Source of the DNA: an uncultured Bacilli bacterium
Lineage (GTDB): Bacteria; Bacillota_I; Bacilli_A; RF39; UBA660
DNA length: 64,000 nucleotides
NCBI GenBank assembly: GCA_934176955.1
Contig: CAKPOS010000001.1
Coordinates: 28,310-92,309 of the forward strand
Direction: 5' to 3'
Numbering within the stretch: the first letter of the stretch is position 1; each line of letters opens with the position of its first letter. The notes beneath the pieces were generated by a model that was given only the letters and a program-made list of their open reading frames with translations, searched no databases and was not told the DNA's origin. The position numbers and the translations under genes are program-made. Positions 41,009 to 49,903 of the stretch are shown here, piece after piece.

Positions 41009-41037
41009 ATTGTATCGTATTTTATTCTTTTAGTCAA
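41009..41037 (-). promoter_or_regulatory. tracrRNA promoter embedded in the 3' end of the csn2-like gene
   Basis: Minus strand TTGACT(41032-41037)-17 nt-TACAAT(41009-41014). The -35 overlaps the last codons and stop (ATT GAC TAA) of the csn2-like ORF. Confidence 0.55.
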
Positions 41038-42079
41038 TGAATTTATTTAATATTTCTAAAAAAAGATTTTGAGTTTCTTTGTTGTCACAAATAATATATT
41101 CACAAGTAATATTTTTAGGTTTATGTAATACAATTTTAATACTATCAGAATTTAATATTTTACTAATTTGATTAGAATATTTATTAATAATATTTTCTTT
41201 AATTTTTATTATTTCTTCAGTAGTGATTAATGATTCATTATTTATATAAAAATCATCAAATAATATAGTACTATTGCTTTTATTATATTCTGTTTTTAAT
41301 ATGTAATTTTTAATTGCTTCATCGATGATATTAAAGTTAATTATTTTGTCTGTTATTTTATATATATTATAATTATTGATATTAATATACTCAAATATAT
41401 TATTACAACTGCTTAATATGAAATGACAATTTTCGTTAGATAGATTATCAATAGTATTTAGTAAATTAATAATTTCATTAGTATTCAAATATACATCGAA
41501 ATTATTAATAATAATTATTGTTGGTTGGTTATCAATTTTTTTAATATCTAAAAAATATAATTGATATAATAGTTTTCTTTTCATTGATTTAGAAATAATA
41601 CTATCATTAAGCAAAACATCATCAATATAAATATTAGTAAATTTATCTATAATAGAATTAATATCAGGTATCTCTATTTGAAATGATATATTACTATCAC
41701 TTTTTTTATTTATTTTTCTATCTAGTAAATTATTTACTTTTTCATCTATTACATCAAATATTTCGTTGGTATATTTAACAATTTTTTCTTCATTAATTTT
41801 ATTAATAACATCATTGTAAATTATTTGTTTTAAAGTATTATTTTTAGTAAATTTAAATTCATTAGTAAAATCATTTTCTTCATTAATACTTATAATATTA
41901 AAATTTTTACTATTATAAGTATTTCCATTTATTAATATATTTTTATTTTTCCCAAGCAAACAATTATTTAATGTATTAATTACTTTATTTTTGTAATTGC
42001 TATTTTTCCCGAAGAAAATTAAGTTTTTATCTAATTTAATTATATTTGGTTGATTATCAATGCTTATAACAATTTCCAT
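41030..42079 (-). CDS. Csn2-like protein (long Csn2 subfamily?), in inverted orientation relative to cas9-cas1-cas2
   Basis: 349 aa, within the ~350-aa range of long Csn2. N-terminal IFFGKNSNYKNKVINTLNNCLLGKNK and C-proximal IIIINNFDVYL...CHFILSSCNNIFEYI follow the Csn2 pattern (from memory: IVGQNNELKYY..GGKK and LIVLKNIDGF...LTFILFPSDQGYL). Sits between cas2 and the array. A 1-kb ORF is highly non-random in ~25% GC DNA. Confidence 0.5.
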   Translation of the reverse strand: MEIVISIDNQPNIIKLDKNLIFFGKNSNYKNKVINTLNNCLLGKNKNILINGNTYNSKNFNIISINEENDFTNEFKFTKNNTLKQIIYNDVINKINEEKIVKYTNEIFDVIDEKVNNLLDRKINKKSDSNISFQIEIPDINSIIDKFTNIYIDDVLLNDSIISKSMKRKLLYQLYFLDIKKIDNQPTIIIINNFDVYLNTNEIINLLNTIDNLSNENCHFILSSCNNIFEYININNYNIYKITDKIINFNIIDEAIKNYILKTEYNKSNSTILFDDFYINNESLITTEEIIKIKENIINKYSNQISKILNSDSIKIVLHKPKNITCEYIICDNKETQNLFLEILNKFID

Positions 42080-42200
42080 TTTTATTATTACCTCAACACA
42101 ATTGTATCAAATATATTTAAAATAATCTATATGTTGGTGTTAATATTTTTTTAAATTCAATATTGTATATTTTTTCTATAAATGATATAATTTATTTGAG
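42080..42200 (+). promoter_or_regulatory. CRISPR leader with extended -10 promoter
   Basis: AT-rich. TGATATAAT at 42183-42191 about 10 nt before the first repeat. Also holds the divergent promoter/RBS of the csn2-like gene. Confidence 0.5.
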
Positions 42201-42968
42201 GTTACAGGACCCTGTTAATTTTTAGTAATGTATAACAAGTTATTATAGTAAATGTTATTATACTACGTTACAGGACCCTGTTAATTTTTAGTAATGTATA
42301 ACAGGAACATGTTGAGTTATATCAACAAGTAAGTTACAGGACCCTGTTAATTTTTAGTAATGTATAACTAAACTAAATGAATTCAAGGGTTTACAAAGGT
42401 TACAGGACCCTGTTAATTTTTAGTAATGTATAACAGCTTGTTTAACTATCTCTTTTGATAATGGTTACAGGACCCTGTTAATTTTTAGTAATGTATAACT
42501 TAAAATGAACGAAAAAAGAGAAAGAATAGGTTACAGGACCCTGTTAATTTTTAGTAATGTATAACTGTTCACAACGTTTTACAATATACACAGCAGTTAC
42601 AGGACCCTGTTAATTTTTAGTAATGTATAACTAGAAGAAATTTAAAAGATAGGTAATTTACGTTACAGGACCCTGTTAATTTTTAGTAATGTATAACATG
42701 GGGTAAAAGTGGAGAATTTGTAAGCAAGTTACAGGACCCTGTTAATTTTTAGTAATGTATAACCACTTCAATTAAAATTGAAAGAGAGGTAAAGTTACAG
42801 GACCCTGTTAATTTTTAGTAATGTATAACTTTTGATAATATAAGTGATTATTTGTATAAGTTACAGGACCCTGTTAATTTTTAGTAATGTATAACTATCA
42901 CAAATAAGGCTAGTAATGTAAGTAAGTTACAGGACCCTGTTAATTTTTAGTAATTAGTAATGTATAAC
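42201..42968 (+). CRISPR. CRISPR array, 12 repeats / 11 spacers, repeat GTTACAGGACCCTGTTAATTTTTAGTAATGTATAAC (36 nt)
   Basis: Eleven identical repeats start at 42201, 42267, 42333, 42399, 42464, 42530, 42596, 42662, 42728, 42794, 42860. Spacers are 30 nt except spacer 4 (29 nt). The terminal repeat 42926-42968 carries a 7-nt TAGTAAT duplication. Confidence 0.95.
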
Positions 42969-43447
42969 ATAATGACAAGATTAATACAAAAAAACTTAAA
43001 TTTTAACGAAATATCAAGATGAACTAAAGAAAATGCAAATAACACACCCACCTATATTACCAAAACAAAAGTTAAAACAGAAATAAGTGTAAACTTAATT
43101 TTTAATAGAGAAGGGGAGAGTGAAAAAAATTCAAGTCCCCTATTTTATATAATAAAAAGTAATTATTTATTGTTATCAAAGTTATCAAAATATAAAATAT
43201 ATTTACCTATATAAAATATTCTATAATAAAATAACGTTATTTATTAAATAAAATTAAAATTATTTAATTCATTTAATTTATAATTTTTTGAATTTATATT
43301 TAATTTTATTTTGAATTATTGTTATTTAAATTCTTTTTAAAAGCTTTAAATTTATCAAAAAAGTTTTATATATAATTAGTTAGATTTTAAATAAAAAAAT
43401 AAACTAAAATTAAAGTTTAGATTTTAAAATTTAATTTGAAATTAAAA

Positions 43448-43650
43448 AGTTGGATAATTATCCATCTCAAGTTAAATTTTAGAGAAATAAAAATGGAATC
43501 GAAAATCAAAAAGATGAATGATTGTACAACTCAAGTTAAATTTAAGTCAAGTAAAATTTAACTTGAGAATTAAAAAATTGGATAACTATCCATCTCAATT
43601 TAAATTTTTTTTAATTTAGATCTCTAAATTTAATTTGAGTTGATGAATGA
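43448..43650. repeat. cluster of nested direct/inverted repeats with DnaA-box-like palindromes in an ORF-free region
   Basis: TTGGATAATTATCCATCTCAAGTTAAATTT (43450-43479) and TTGGATAACTATCCATCTCAATTTAAATTT (43578-43607). Between them is the palindrome CTCAAGTTAAATTT...AAATTTAACTTGAG. CAACTCAAGTTAAATTT (43527) and its inverted partner (43627-43645) are flanked by direct GATGAATGAT copies. Confidence 0.5.
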
Positions 43651-43978
43651 TGATGATTTATTCAATTCAAACTTTATTAATTTATGTAATTATGTAATAA
43701 TGTATTAATTAATTGAAAATAATATATAGTAGTTTATAATTTATAAAACTTATATATTGATTAATTCATTCATTATAAACTTTGAAAAAAATGTTTAGTA
43801 TAGCTATAAATTTATCTTAAAAATTCTATTTTTGTTAGTTCCTATAATTTATATTATGTAAACTTCTGTATCTAAAATAGAAAGAAAACCCTTATATTAT
43901 AAGGGCCTATTCCATTATTTTAGTTTCATTTTTAATTCTTAAATCTTAATTCAATATCAGTATTTTTTGTTCATCATT

Positions 43979-46528
43979 TTATTTTAATTTTTCTTTTAAC
44001 TCATATAATAAATTTAAAGCTTTTAAAGGGGTTAATTCTAGAACGTTTGTTTGTTTTAAGATTTCTTCAACTTCGCTTTTTTCAGTTATTTTTTGAGAAA
44101 TAACATCTAGTGGTAAACTTGTTTGAATAGCAATTTCTTTTTTACTTGGATCGTTATTTTCATAAGCTGCTAATATTTCAGATGCTCTACTTAACACTTC
44201 GTTTGGTAATCCTGCTAATTTAGCAACATTAATTCCATAACTTTTGTCGACACTACCATCTTTTACTTTGTGTAAAAAGATGATATTTTCTCCATCTTCT
44301 GACGCAGATACATGTTTATTTTTTAAGTGCTTTAACTCTTTTTCTAATTTAGTTAATTCATGATAATGCGTTGAAAATAACGTTTTACAACCAATTGTAT
44401 TGTTTACATATTCTAATATTGCTTGTGCTAGACTCATTCCATCATAAGTAGCAGTTCCCCTACCCAATTCATCGAATAAAATCAGACTACTTTTGGTAGC
44501 ATTTTTTAAAGCGTGTGTAGCCTCAATCATCTCAACCATGAAAGTAGATTCTCCACTGACTAAGTCATCACTGGCACCTATTCTTGTGAATATTTGGTCG
44601 AATATTGGCATTTTTGCTTCTTTTGCAGGGACAAAACATCCTATTTGGGACATAATAGCAATTATTCCTAATTGTCTCATATAAGTACTTTTTCCAGCCA
44701 TATTAGGGCCTGTAATTAATAGTGTATATACACCGTTATCCATTACAATATCATTAGGAACATATTCTCCTTTAATTACTCTTTCTACTACAGGATGTCT
44801 TGATTCTATTAATTTTAAGCTATGATCTAATGTTAAAGTTGGTCTTACATAATTATATCTTTCACTCACTGAGGCAAAGCTTTGTAAAACATCTATTTCG
44901 CTAATTGTTTTAGCAATTTTTTGTAATTTAGGAATATATTTTTTGATTTTATCTCTAATTTCGATAAATAGTTCATATTCTAAATTAATGATTTTTTCTT
45001 CTGCACTTAGAATTAAATCTTCTTTTTCTTTTAAAAGAGGAGTAATAAATCTTTCACAATTTGTTAAAGTTTGCTTTCTAATATAACCCATATCCTCTCG
45101 AATTAGTCCTAAGTTACTTTTAGATATTTCAATGTAATAACCAAATACTTTATTAAATCCTATTTTTAAATTTTTTATTCCTGTTCTTTCTTTTTCTTCT
45201 AATTCGAATTTGCTGATGAAGTCCTTTCCCCCACTTCTTAATTCTTTTAGTTCATCTAATTCACTGGAGTAACCTTTTTTGATTAAATATCCTTCTTTTA
45301 AGGTAATAGGGGGTTCTTCATAAATGGCTGCTTCTAGGAGGTCATATAAGTCTGATAAGGGGTTGATGTCACTATAAAACTTTATTTCTTTTAACATTTC
45401 TGCAATGATAGGTAATACTTTTAGGGAATTTTTTAATTGAATTAAATCTCTTCCATTGGCATTTCCTAAAGCTATTCTTCCACTTAATCTTTCTAAGTCA
45501 TAAATTTCATATAAATTTTTTCTTAAATCTTCTGCTAAGATAAATTCTTCGATTAATTTGCTGACAACTTCATGCCTTTTTTCAATGGGTTTCTTTTCTT
45601 TTAATGGAGCTTCAATCCATTGTTTTAATTTTCGACTTCCCATGGCTGTTTTAGTATTATCCAAAAGCCATAGTAAAGAGTAATTTCTATCTTTTAAACG
45701 AAGACTTTCTGTTAATTCTAGATTTCTTTTGGTATGAATATCCATCTTTAAGAAATTGTCAGTTTCATTAATGATTACTTTTTGTAAGTGACCTAAGCTT
45801 CTTTTTTGATTGATAACTAAATAATATAGTAAATGTTTAATCGAATTGATATAGCGACTATCGGTAATCCCCTTATAGCAGAATTTATATTCTTCTGTTT
45901 CAAGAATGTTATTTACCAATGTTACAGTTAAGTGATATTGTTCTTTTAGTAAATGAATAATATTAGAATTTACTAATTTGTTAATAATTACTTCTCTTAA
46001 TCCAAAAGATAAGATATCGTTAATTAATTTATCATCATCATGAGGAATGATTTCAGCATATAATTCTCCAGTTGTAATATCTGTATAGACAATAGAATAG
46101 CAATATTCATAATCATAGATGCTCCCAATATAATTATTTGTTTTTTCATCTAAGCTATTAGAACTAATAATGGTTCCTGAAGAAATCACTTCTGTAACAT
46201 CTCTTTTAACAATTCCTTTGGCAGATTTTGGATCTTCTAATTGTTCACAAATAGCCACTTTAAATCCTTGTTTAATTAGTTTATCAACATAAATATCTAC
46301 TGCGTGATGAGGAACGCCACACATGGGTACTCTTTCTTCTAAGCCAGCATTTCTTCCTGTTAGTGTTAATTCTAGGGCATGAGAGACGACTTCAGCATCT
46401 TCAAAGAACATTTCATAGAAATCTCCTAAGCGATATAATAAGATTACATCGGGATATTTGTCCTTTAATTCAACATAATGCCTCATCATAGGGGCTAATT
46501 TTGTTCTATCAATTTCACTTATTTTCAT
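43979..46528 (-). CDS. mutS: DNA mismatch repair protein MutS
   Basis: N-terminal mismatch-binding MMRHYVELKDKYPDVILLYRLGDFYEMF. Walker A GPNMAGKSTYMRQ. 849 aa. A CCCTTATATTATAAGGG terminator lies downstream on the minus strand. Confidence 0.9.
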   Translation of the reverse strand: MKISEIDRTKLAPMMRHYVELKDKYPDVILLYRLGDFYEMFFEDAEVVSHALELTLTGRNAGLEERVPMCGVPHHAVDIYVDKLIKQGFKVAICEQLEDPKSAKGIVKRDVTEVISSGTIISSNSLDEKTNNYIGSIYDYEYCYSIVYTDITTGELYAEIIPHDDDKLINDILSFGLREVIINKLVNSNIIHLLKEQYHLTVTLVNNILETEEYKFCYKGITDSRYINSIKHLLYYLVINQKRSLGHLQKVIINETDNFLKMDIHTKRNLELTESLRLKDRNYSLLWLLDNTKTAMGSRKLKQWIEAPLKEKKPIEKRHEVVSKLIEEFILAEDLRKNLYEIYDLERLSGRIALGNANGRDLIQLKNSLKVLPIIAEMLKEIKFYSDINPLSDLYDLLEAAIYEEPPITLKEGYLIKKGYSSELDELKELRSGGKDFISKFELEEKERTGIKNLKIGFNKVFGYYIEISKSNLGLIREDMGYIRKQTLTNCERFITPLLKEKEDLILSAEEKIINLEYELFIEIRDKIKKYIPKLQKIAKTISEIDVLQSFASVSERYNYVRPTLTLDHSLKLIESRHPVVERVIKGEYVPNDIVMDNGVYTLLITGPNMAGKSTYMRQLGIIAIMSQIGCFVPAKEAKMPIFDQIFTRIGASDDLVSGESTFMVEMIEATHALKNATKSSLILFDELGRGTATYDGMSLAQAILEYVNNTIGCKTLFSTHYHELTKLEKELKHLKNKHVSASEDGENIIFLHKVKDGSVDKSYGINVAKLAGLPNEVLSRASEILAAYENNDPSKKEIAIQTSLPLDVISQKITEKSEVEEILKQTNVLELTPLKALNLLYELKEKLK

Positions 46529-46678
46529 TTTACTTCACCTTTTCTTGCTTAATAAGTATACCAAAAAAAATAGGAATTCGTGATGTTTTTAATTTGTTGT
46601 TTACAAAAAATACTGATAGAATTCTTTTCTATTGACCAAGAAAAAAGCTTGGGATATGATTCCTAAGCTTTTCACCAT

Positions 46679-47911
46679 TTATTTCATTAAATCAATTGCT
46701 TTTCTTACTTTAATATCATATTTAACAGAGTCTTCTCCACCAAGTGAAGATTTTACATCTTCTTCTGTCATATTGTATTTCTTTGCTAAGTCTTTGATTT
46801 GTTCGTCAGCTTCTTTTTCATCAGCTTCAATTTGTTCTTCCCTGATGATAGCGTTTAATAAGTAACTATTTTTAAGTCTTGTTTCTGCTTCTTTTTTCAT
46901 GTGGTCAACAATATCTTCTTTCGTTGTTCCTGCATATTTTAAGTATAATTCTTCTGTAATTCCTTGAGCAGACATATGACTCATGAAATCATTGTACATT
47001 GCTTCTGCTTCCGCTTCGATGATTTCTTCATCTAATTCGATAGTCATATTACTAACAGCTTTTTCTAATAAAGCATCAACATATTTCTTTTCTGCTTCTT
47101 CTTCTTTTTGTGCTTTGATTTCTTCTTTCATTTTCTTTTCTAAATCTTCTTTAGTTTTTACTTCTTCCATACCTAAATCTTCAAAGAAATTTTTATCTAA
47201 TTCTGGTACTTCTTTTGTTTTGATTTCATTTACTTTTACTTTGAATACAACTTCTTTACCTGCTAGAGATTTTTCTTGGTATTCTTCTGGGAAAGTTAGG
47301 GTTAAATCTTTTTCTTCTCCTTTTTTCATTCCAATAATTCCTTCTTCAAATCCAGGAATGAAAGAATGGCTTCCAATTTCTAGAGAATAATTTTCTCCTT
47401 TTCCTCCGTCGAAAGCAACATCGTCTTTAAATCCTTCAAAGTCGATAACTGCGATATCTCCTTCTTCCACTGTTCCTTCTTCTTTGATAACAAGTTCAGT
47501 ATAATTCTTTAATAATTCATTAATTTTTTGTTGTACTTCTTCTTTTGATACTTTAACATTTTCTTTTTTTACTTCTAGGTTTTTATATTCTCCTAATGTT
47601 ACAGTTGGTTCTAAGATGAAAGAGAAATTTACTTCTAATTCATCGTCATTTACTTTTACTACATCAATTTTTGGTTCTAAAATAGGTAAGATTTTTCCTT
47701 CGGTTAAGATTCTTTTGTATTCTTGATCAATTAAGATATCTGCTGCTTCCATAACAATTTGACCAGGGAAATTTCTTTCAAAGATATTTCTTGGTGCTTT
47801 TCCTTTACGGAATCCATCTACTTTATATTTTGGACTAATTTTTTTGAAAGCTTGATCTTTTGCTTTTTCCCAATCTTCTTTTTGTGCTTTGTAATTTACT
47901 ACTTTTTTCAT
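46679..47911 (-). CDS. tig: trigger factor
   Basis: GFRKGKAPRNIFE ribosome-binding motif, FKBP-like central domain, acidic C-terminus. 410 aa. Confidence 0.85.
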   Translation of the reverse strand: MKKVVNYKAQKEDWEKAKDQAFKKISPKYKVDGFRKGKAPRNIFERNFPGQIVMEAADILIDQEYKRILTEGKILPILEPKIDVVKVNDDELEVNFSFILEPTVTLGEYKNLEVKKENVKVSKEEVQQKINELLKNYTELVIKEEGTVEEGDIAVIDFEGFKDDVAFDGGKGENYSLEIGSHSFIPGFEEGIIGMKKGEEKDLTLTFPEEYQEKSLAGKEVVFKVKVNEIKTKEVPELDKNFFEDLGMEEVKTKEDLEKKMKEEIKAQKEEEAEKKYVDALLEKAVSNMTIELDEEIIEAEAEAMYNDFMSHMSAQGITEELYLKYAGTTKEDIVDHMKKEAETRLKNSYLLNAIIREEQIEADEKEADEQIKDLAKKYNMTEEDVKSSLGGEDSVKYDIKVRKAIDLMK

Positions 47912-47931
47912 TTTTTCCTCCTAAGTATTTT

Positions 47932-48408
47932 TTATAATATTTCTACTACTTTTACATTGTACGTTCCGTTTGGACTTTCTACAGCACGAACATCTCCTGC
48001 TTTAGCATTCATAATTGCTTTAGCAAGTGGAGATTCGTTTGAAATTTTATTATTGGATGGATCAGCTTCTTTTGATCCAACAATCATGTATTCTTCTGTA
48101 TCGTCGTCATCTTCTTCGATATATTCGATTTTTACTGTAGAACCAAGACATACAGCATCTGTTGAATTTTTTTCAATGATGTGTGCGTTTTCCATTATCT
48201 TTTCTAGTTCTTGTATTCTTCCTTCTACTTGTGCTTGTTCATTTCTAGCCGCATCATAATCAGCGTTTTCGGATAAATCTCCTAATGCTCTTGCTTCTTT
48301 TAATGCCTTAATGACAGCGGGTCTTTTGACATTTTTTAAATCATTTAATTCTGTTTCTAATTCTAAAAAACCTTGATCGGTTAAATATACTTTTTCACTA
48401 TTTTTCAT
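47932..48408 (-). CDS. greA: transcription elongation factor GreA
   Basis: 158 aa. YLTDQGFLELETELNDLK...GDLSENADYDAARNEQA coiled-coil plus FKBP-like C-terminus. Confidence 0.85.
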   Translation of the reverse strand: MKNSEKVYLTDQGFLELETELNDLKNVKRPAVIKALKEARALGDLSENADYDAARNEQAQVEGRIQELEKIMENAHIIEKNSTDAVCLGSTVKIEYIEEDDDDTEEYMIVGSKEADPSNNKISNESPLAKAIMNAKAGDVRAVESPNGTYNVKVVEIL

Positions 48409-48480
48409 TATGTAATCCTCCTCAACTATTTCAAAATTTTACTATAAAATACATCTTTTGTCAAGAAAAAAATAGAGATT

Positions 48481-49869
48481 CTATTCGGTTATATCATTGA
48501 CAATTTTTTTAAAAATATCCCCTCTTTGGTAAGCATTTTTGAACATATCAAAACTAGCGCTTGCAGGGGAAAATAATACGACTTCTCCTTTTACTGATAT
48601 GCGATTGGCAACATCAATAGCACTTTCTAAATCATCTAGGACATAGATTTGTAAAGTATTATTTCCTTGTTTCTTTTTTTCTTCCATTACAGCATCATAA
48701 ATTTTATCTTTAGTTTGGCCAAATAATACTAATTTAGAAACTTTCTCTAAGATTGGTTTTGCTAATGGAGTATAAGGAATATTTTTGTCACTTCCTCCAG
48801 CGATTAAGACAATTTTTTCAGAGAAAGCATATAAGCCTCCTAAACATTTGTCTGGTGTTGTGCTAGCAGAATCATTATACCATTTTACTCCATTTATCTC
48901 TCTTACAAATTCTAGTCTATGTGGTACACTTTTAATTGTTTTTACTAAAGTTTCGATTTTAGTTAAGTCTGGTAAAAATTCTTTGGTGGCATTTAAGGCA
49001 GCACAAATGTTTAAATAGTTGTGTTTTCCTTTTAACATTAAATTATTAGTATCTATTACTTTTTCTTCATTATAGTAGATTTTATCTTCTTTTAAATAAA
49101 AGCCATCTTTTATTTCTTGATTGCTAAAGAAAGATACTTGACTTTTTGCTTCTTTGGAAAAGTTTTTCACGATTTCATCATCATGATTTAAAACTAATTT
49201 ATTGTTTATTCTTTGATTTTTAAAGATATATTTTTTGGCATGAATATATTCTTCATAACTTCCGTGTACATCTAAATGATCAGGAGAAATATTGGTAATT
49301 ACTGCAATATCAGGAGAAACTGGCATTTCCATTAATTGAAAGCTAGATAATTCTAGAACAACAATATCTTCTTTTTTCATGTTTTCAATTTGATTAAAGA
49401 GAGGTGTGCCTATGTTTCCTCCAGTAAAGACATGATAACCTAATTCTTTTAATATATGGGTAATGATAGTTGTTGTTGTTGTTTTTCCTTTGCTACCCGT
49501 GATTCCTATTGTTTTACATGGGGCATAGCGAATGACTTCTTCTATTTCACTAGTAATAATAGCCCCCCTACTTTTTTCTTTTCTTAGGTAAGGATTATTA
49601 GGTAGAAAGCTTGGACTTCTGAAGATGATGTCAAAGTGGTTTAATCTTTCTAAGTATTCTTTGCCTAAAGATGTTTTTAAAATTCCTTTTTGAATTAACT
49701 TTTGAATTTCTTCATTTAAATTTTCTTCTTCTTTTTGGTCAAATAAAGTCAAATCACAGTTCAGTGATACTAATTTTTGAATTAAAGGAATATTGCTGAC
49801 GCCTGCCCCAATGATGGCAATTTTTTGTTTGGTTAAATTTTTTAAAAATTCTTGGAATGTTTCGTTCAT
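48481..49869 (-). CDS. murD: UDP-N-acetylmuramoylalanine--D-glutamate ligase
   Basis: IAIIGAGVSN Rossmann start. Mur-ligase P-loop GITGSKGKTTTTTII. 462 aa. Confidence 0.85.
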   Translation of the reverse strand: MNETFQEFLKNLTKQKIAIIGAGVSNIPLIQKLVSLNCDLTLFDQKEEENLNEEIQKLIQKGILKTSLGKEYLERLNHFDIIFRSPSFLPNNPYLRKEKSRGAIITSEIEEVIRYAPCKTIGITGSKGKTTTTTIITHILKELGYHVFTGGNIGTPLFNQIENMKKEDIVVLELSSFQLMEMPVSPDIAVITNISPDHLDVHGSYEEYIHAKKYIFKNQRINNKLVLNHDDEIVKNFSKEAKSQVSFFSNQEIKDGFYLKEDKIYYNEEKVIDTNNLMLKGKHNYLNICAALNATKEFLPDLTKIETLVKTIKSVPHRLEFVREINGVKWYNDSASTTPDKCLGGLYAFSEKIVLIAGGSDKNIPYTPLAKPILEKVSKLVLFGQTKDKIYDAVMEEKKKQGNNTLQIYVLDDLESAIDVANRISVKGEVVLFSPASASFDMFKNAYQRGDIFKKIVNDITE

Positions 49870-49903
49870 TTTTGCACTTCCGTTTCTATAATACTTAATT
49901 TTT

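Noticed and set aside
42896-42925. TAGTAATGTA inside spacer 11 resembling a partial repeat or fused array unit
   Set aside because: Only 10 nt match, and the spacing to the flanking repeats is normal (30 nt). Most likely coincidence in AT-rich sequence.
43440-43650. DnaA-box-like palindromes plus AT-rich tracts as a chromosomal origin of replication
   Set aside because: No dnaA or dnaN nearby. The boxes are 7/9 matches. The location between a CRISPR array and mutS is atypical for oriC. Kept only as a generic protein-binding or repeat element finding.
46632-48259. Ser-rich ORFs 46632..46865(+), 46983..47390(+) and 47759..48259(+) opposite tig and greA
   Set aside because: Mirror-frame artefacts of Glu/Lys-rich coding sequence on the other strand. 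No RBS.
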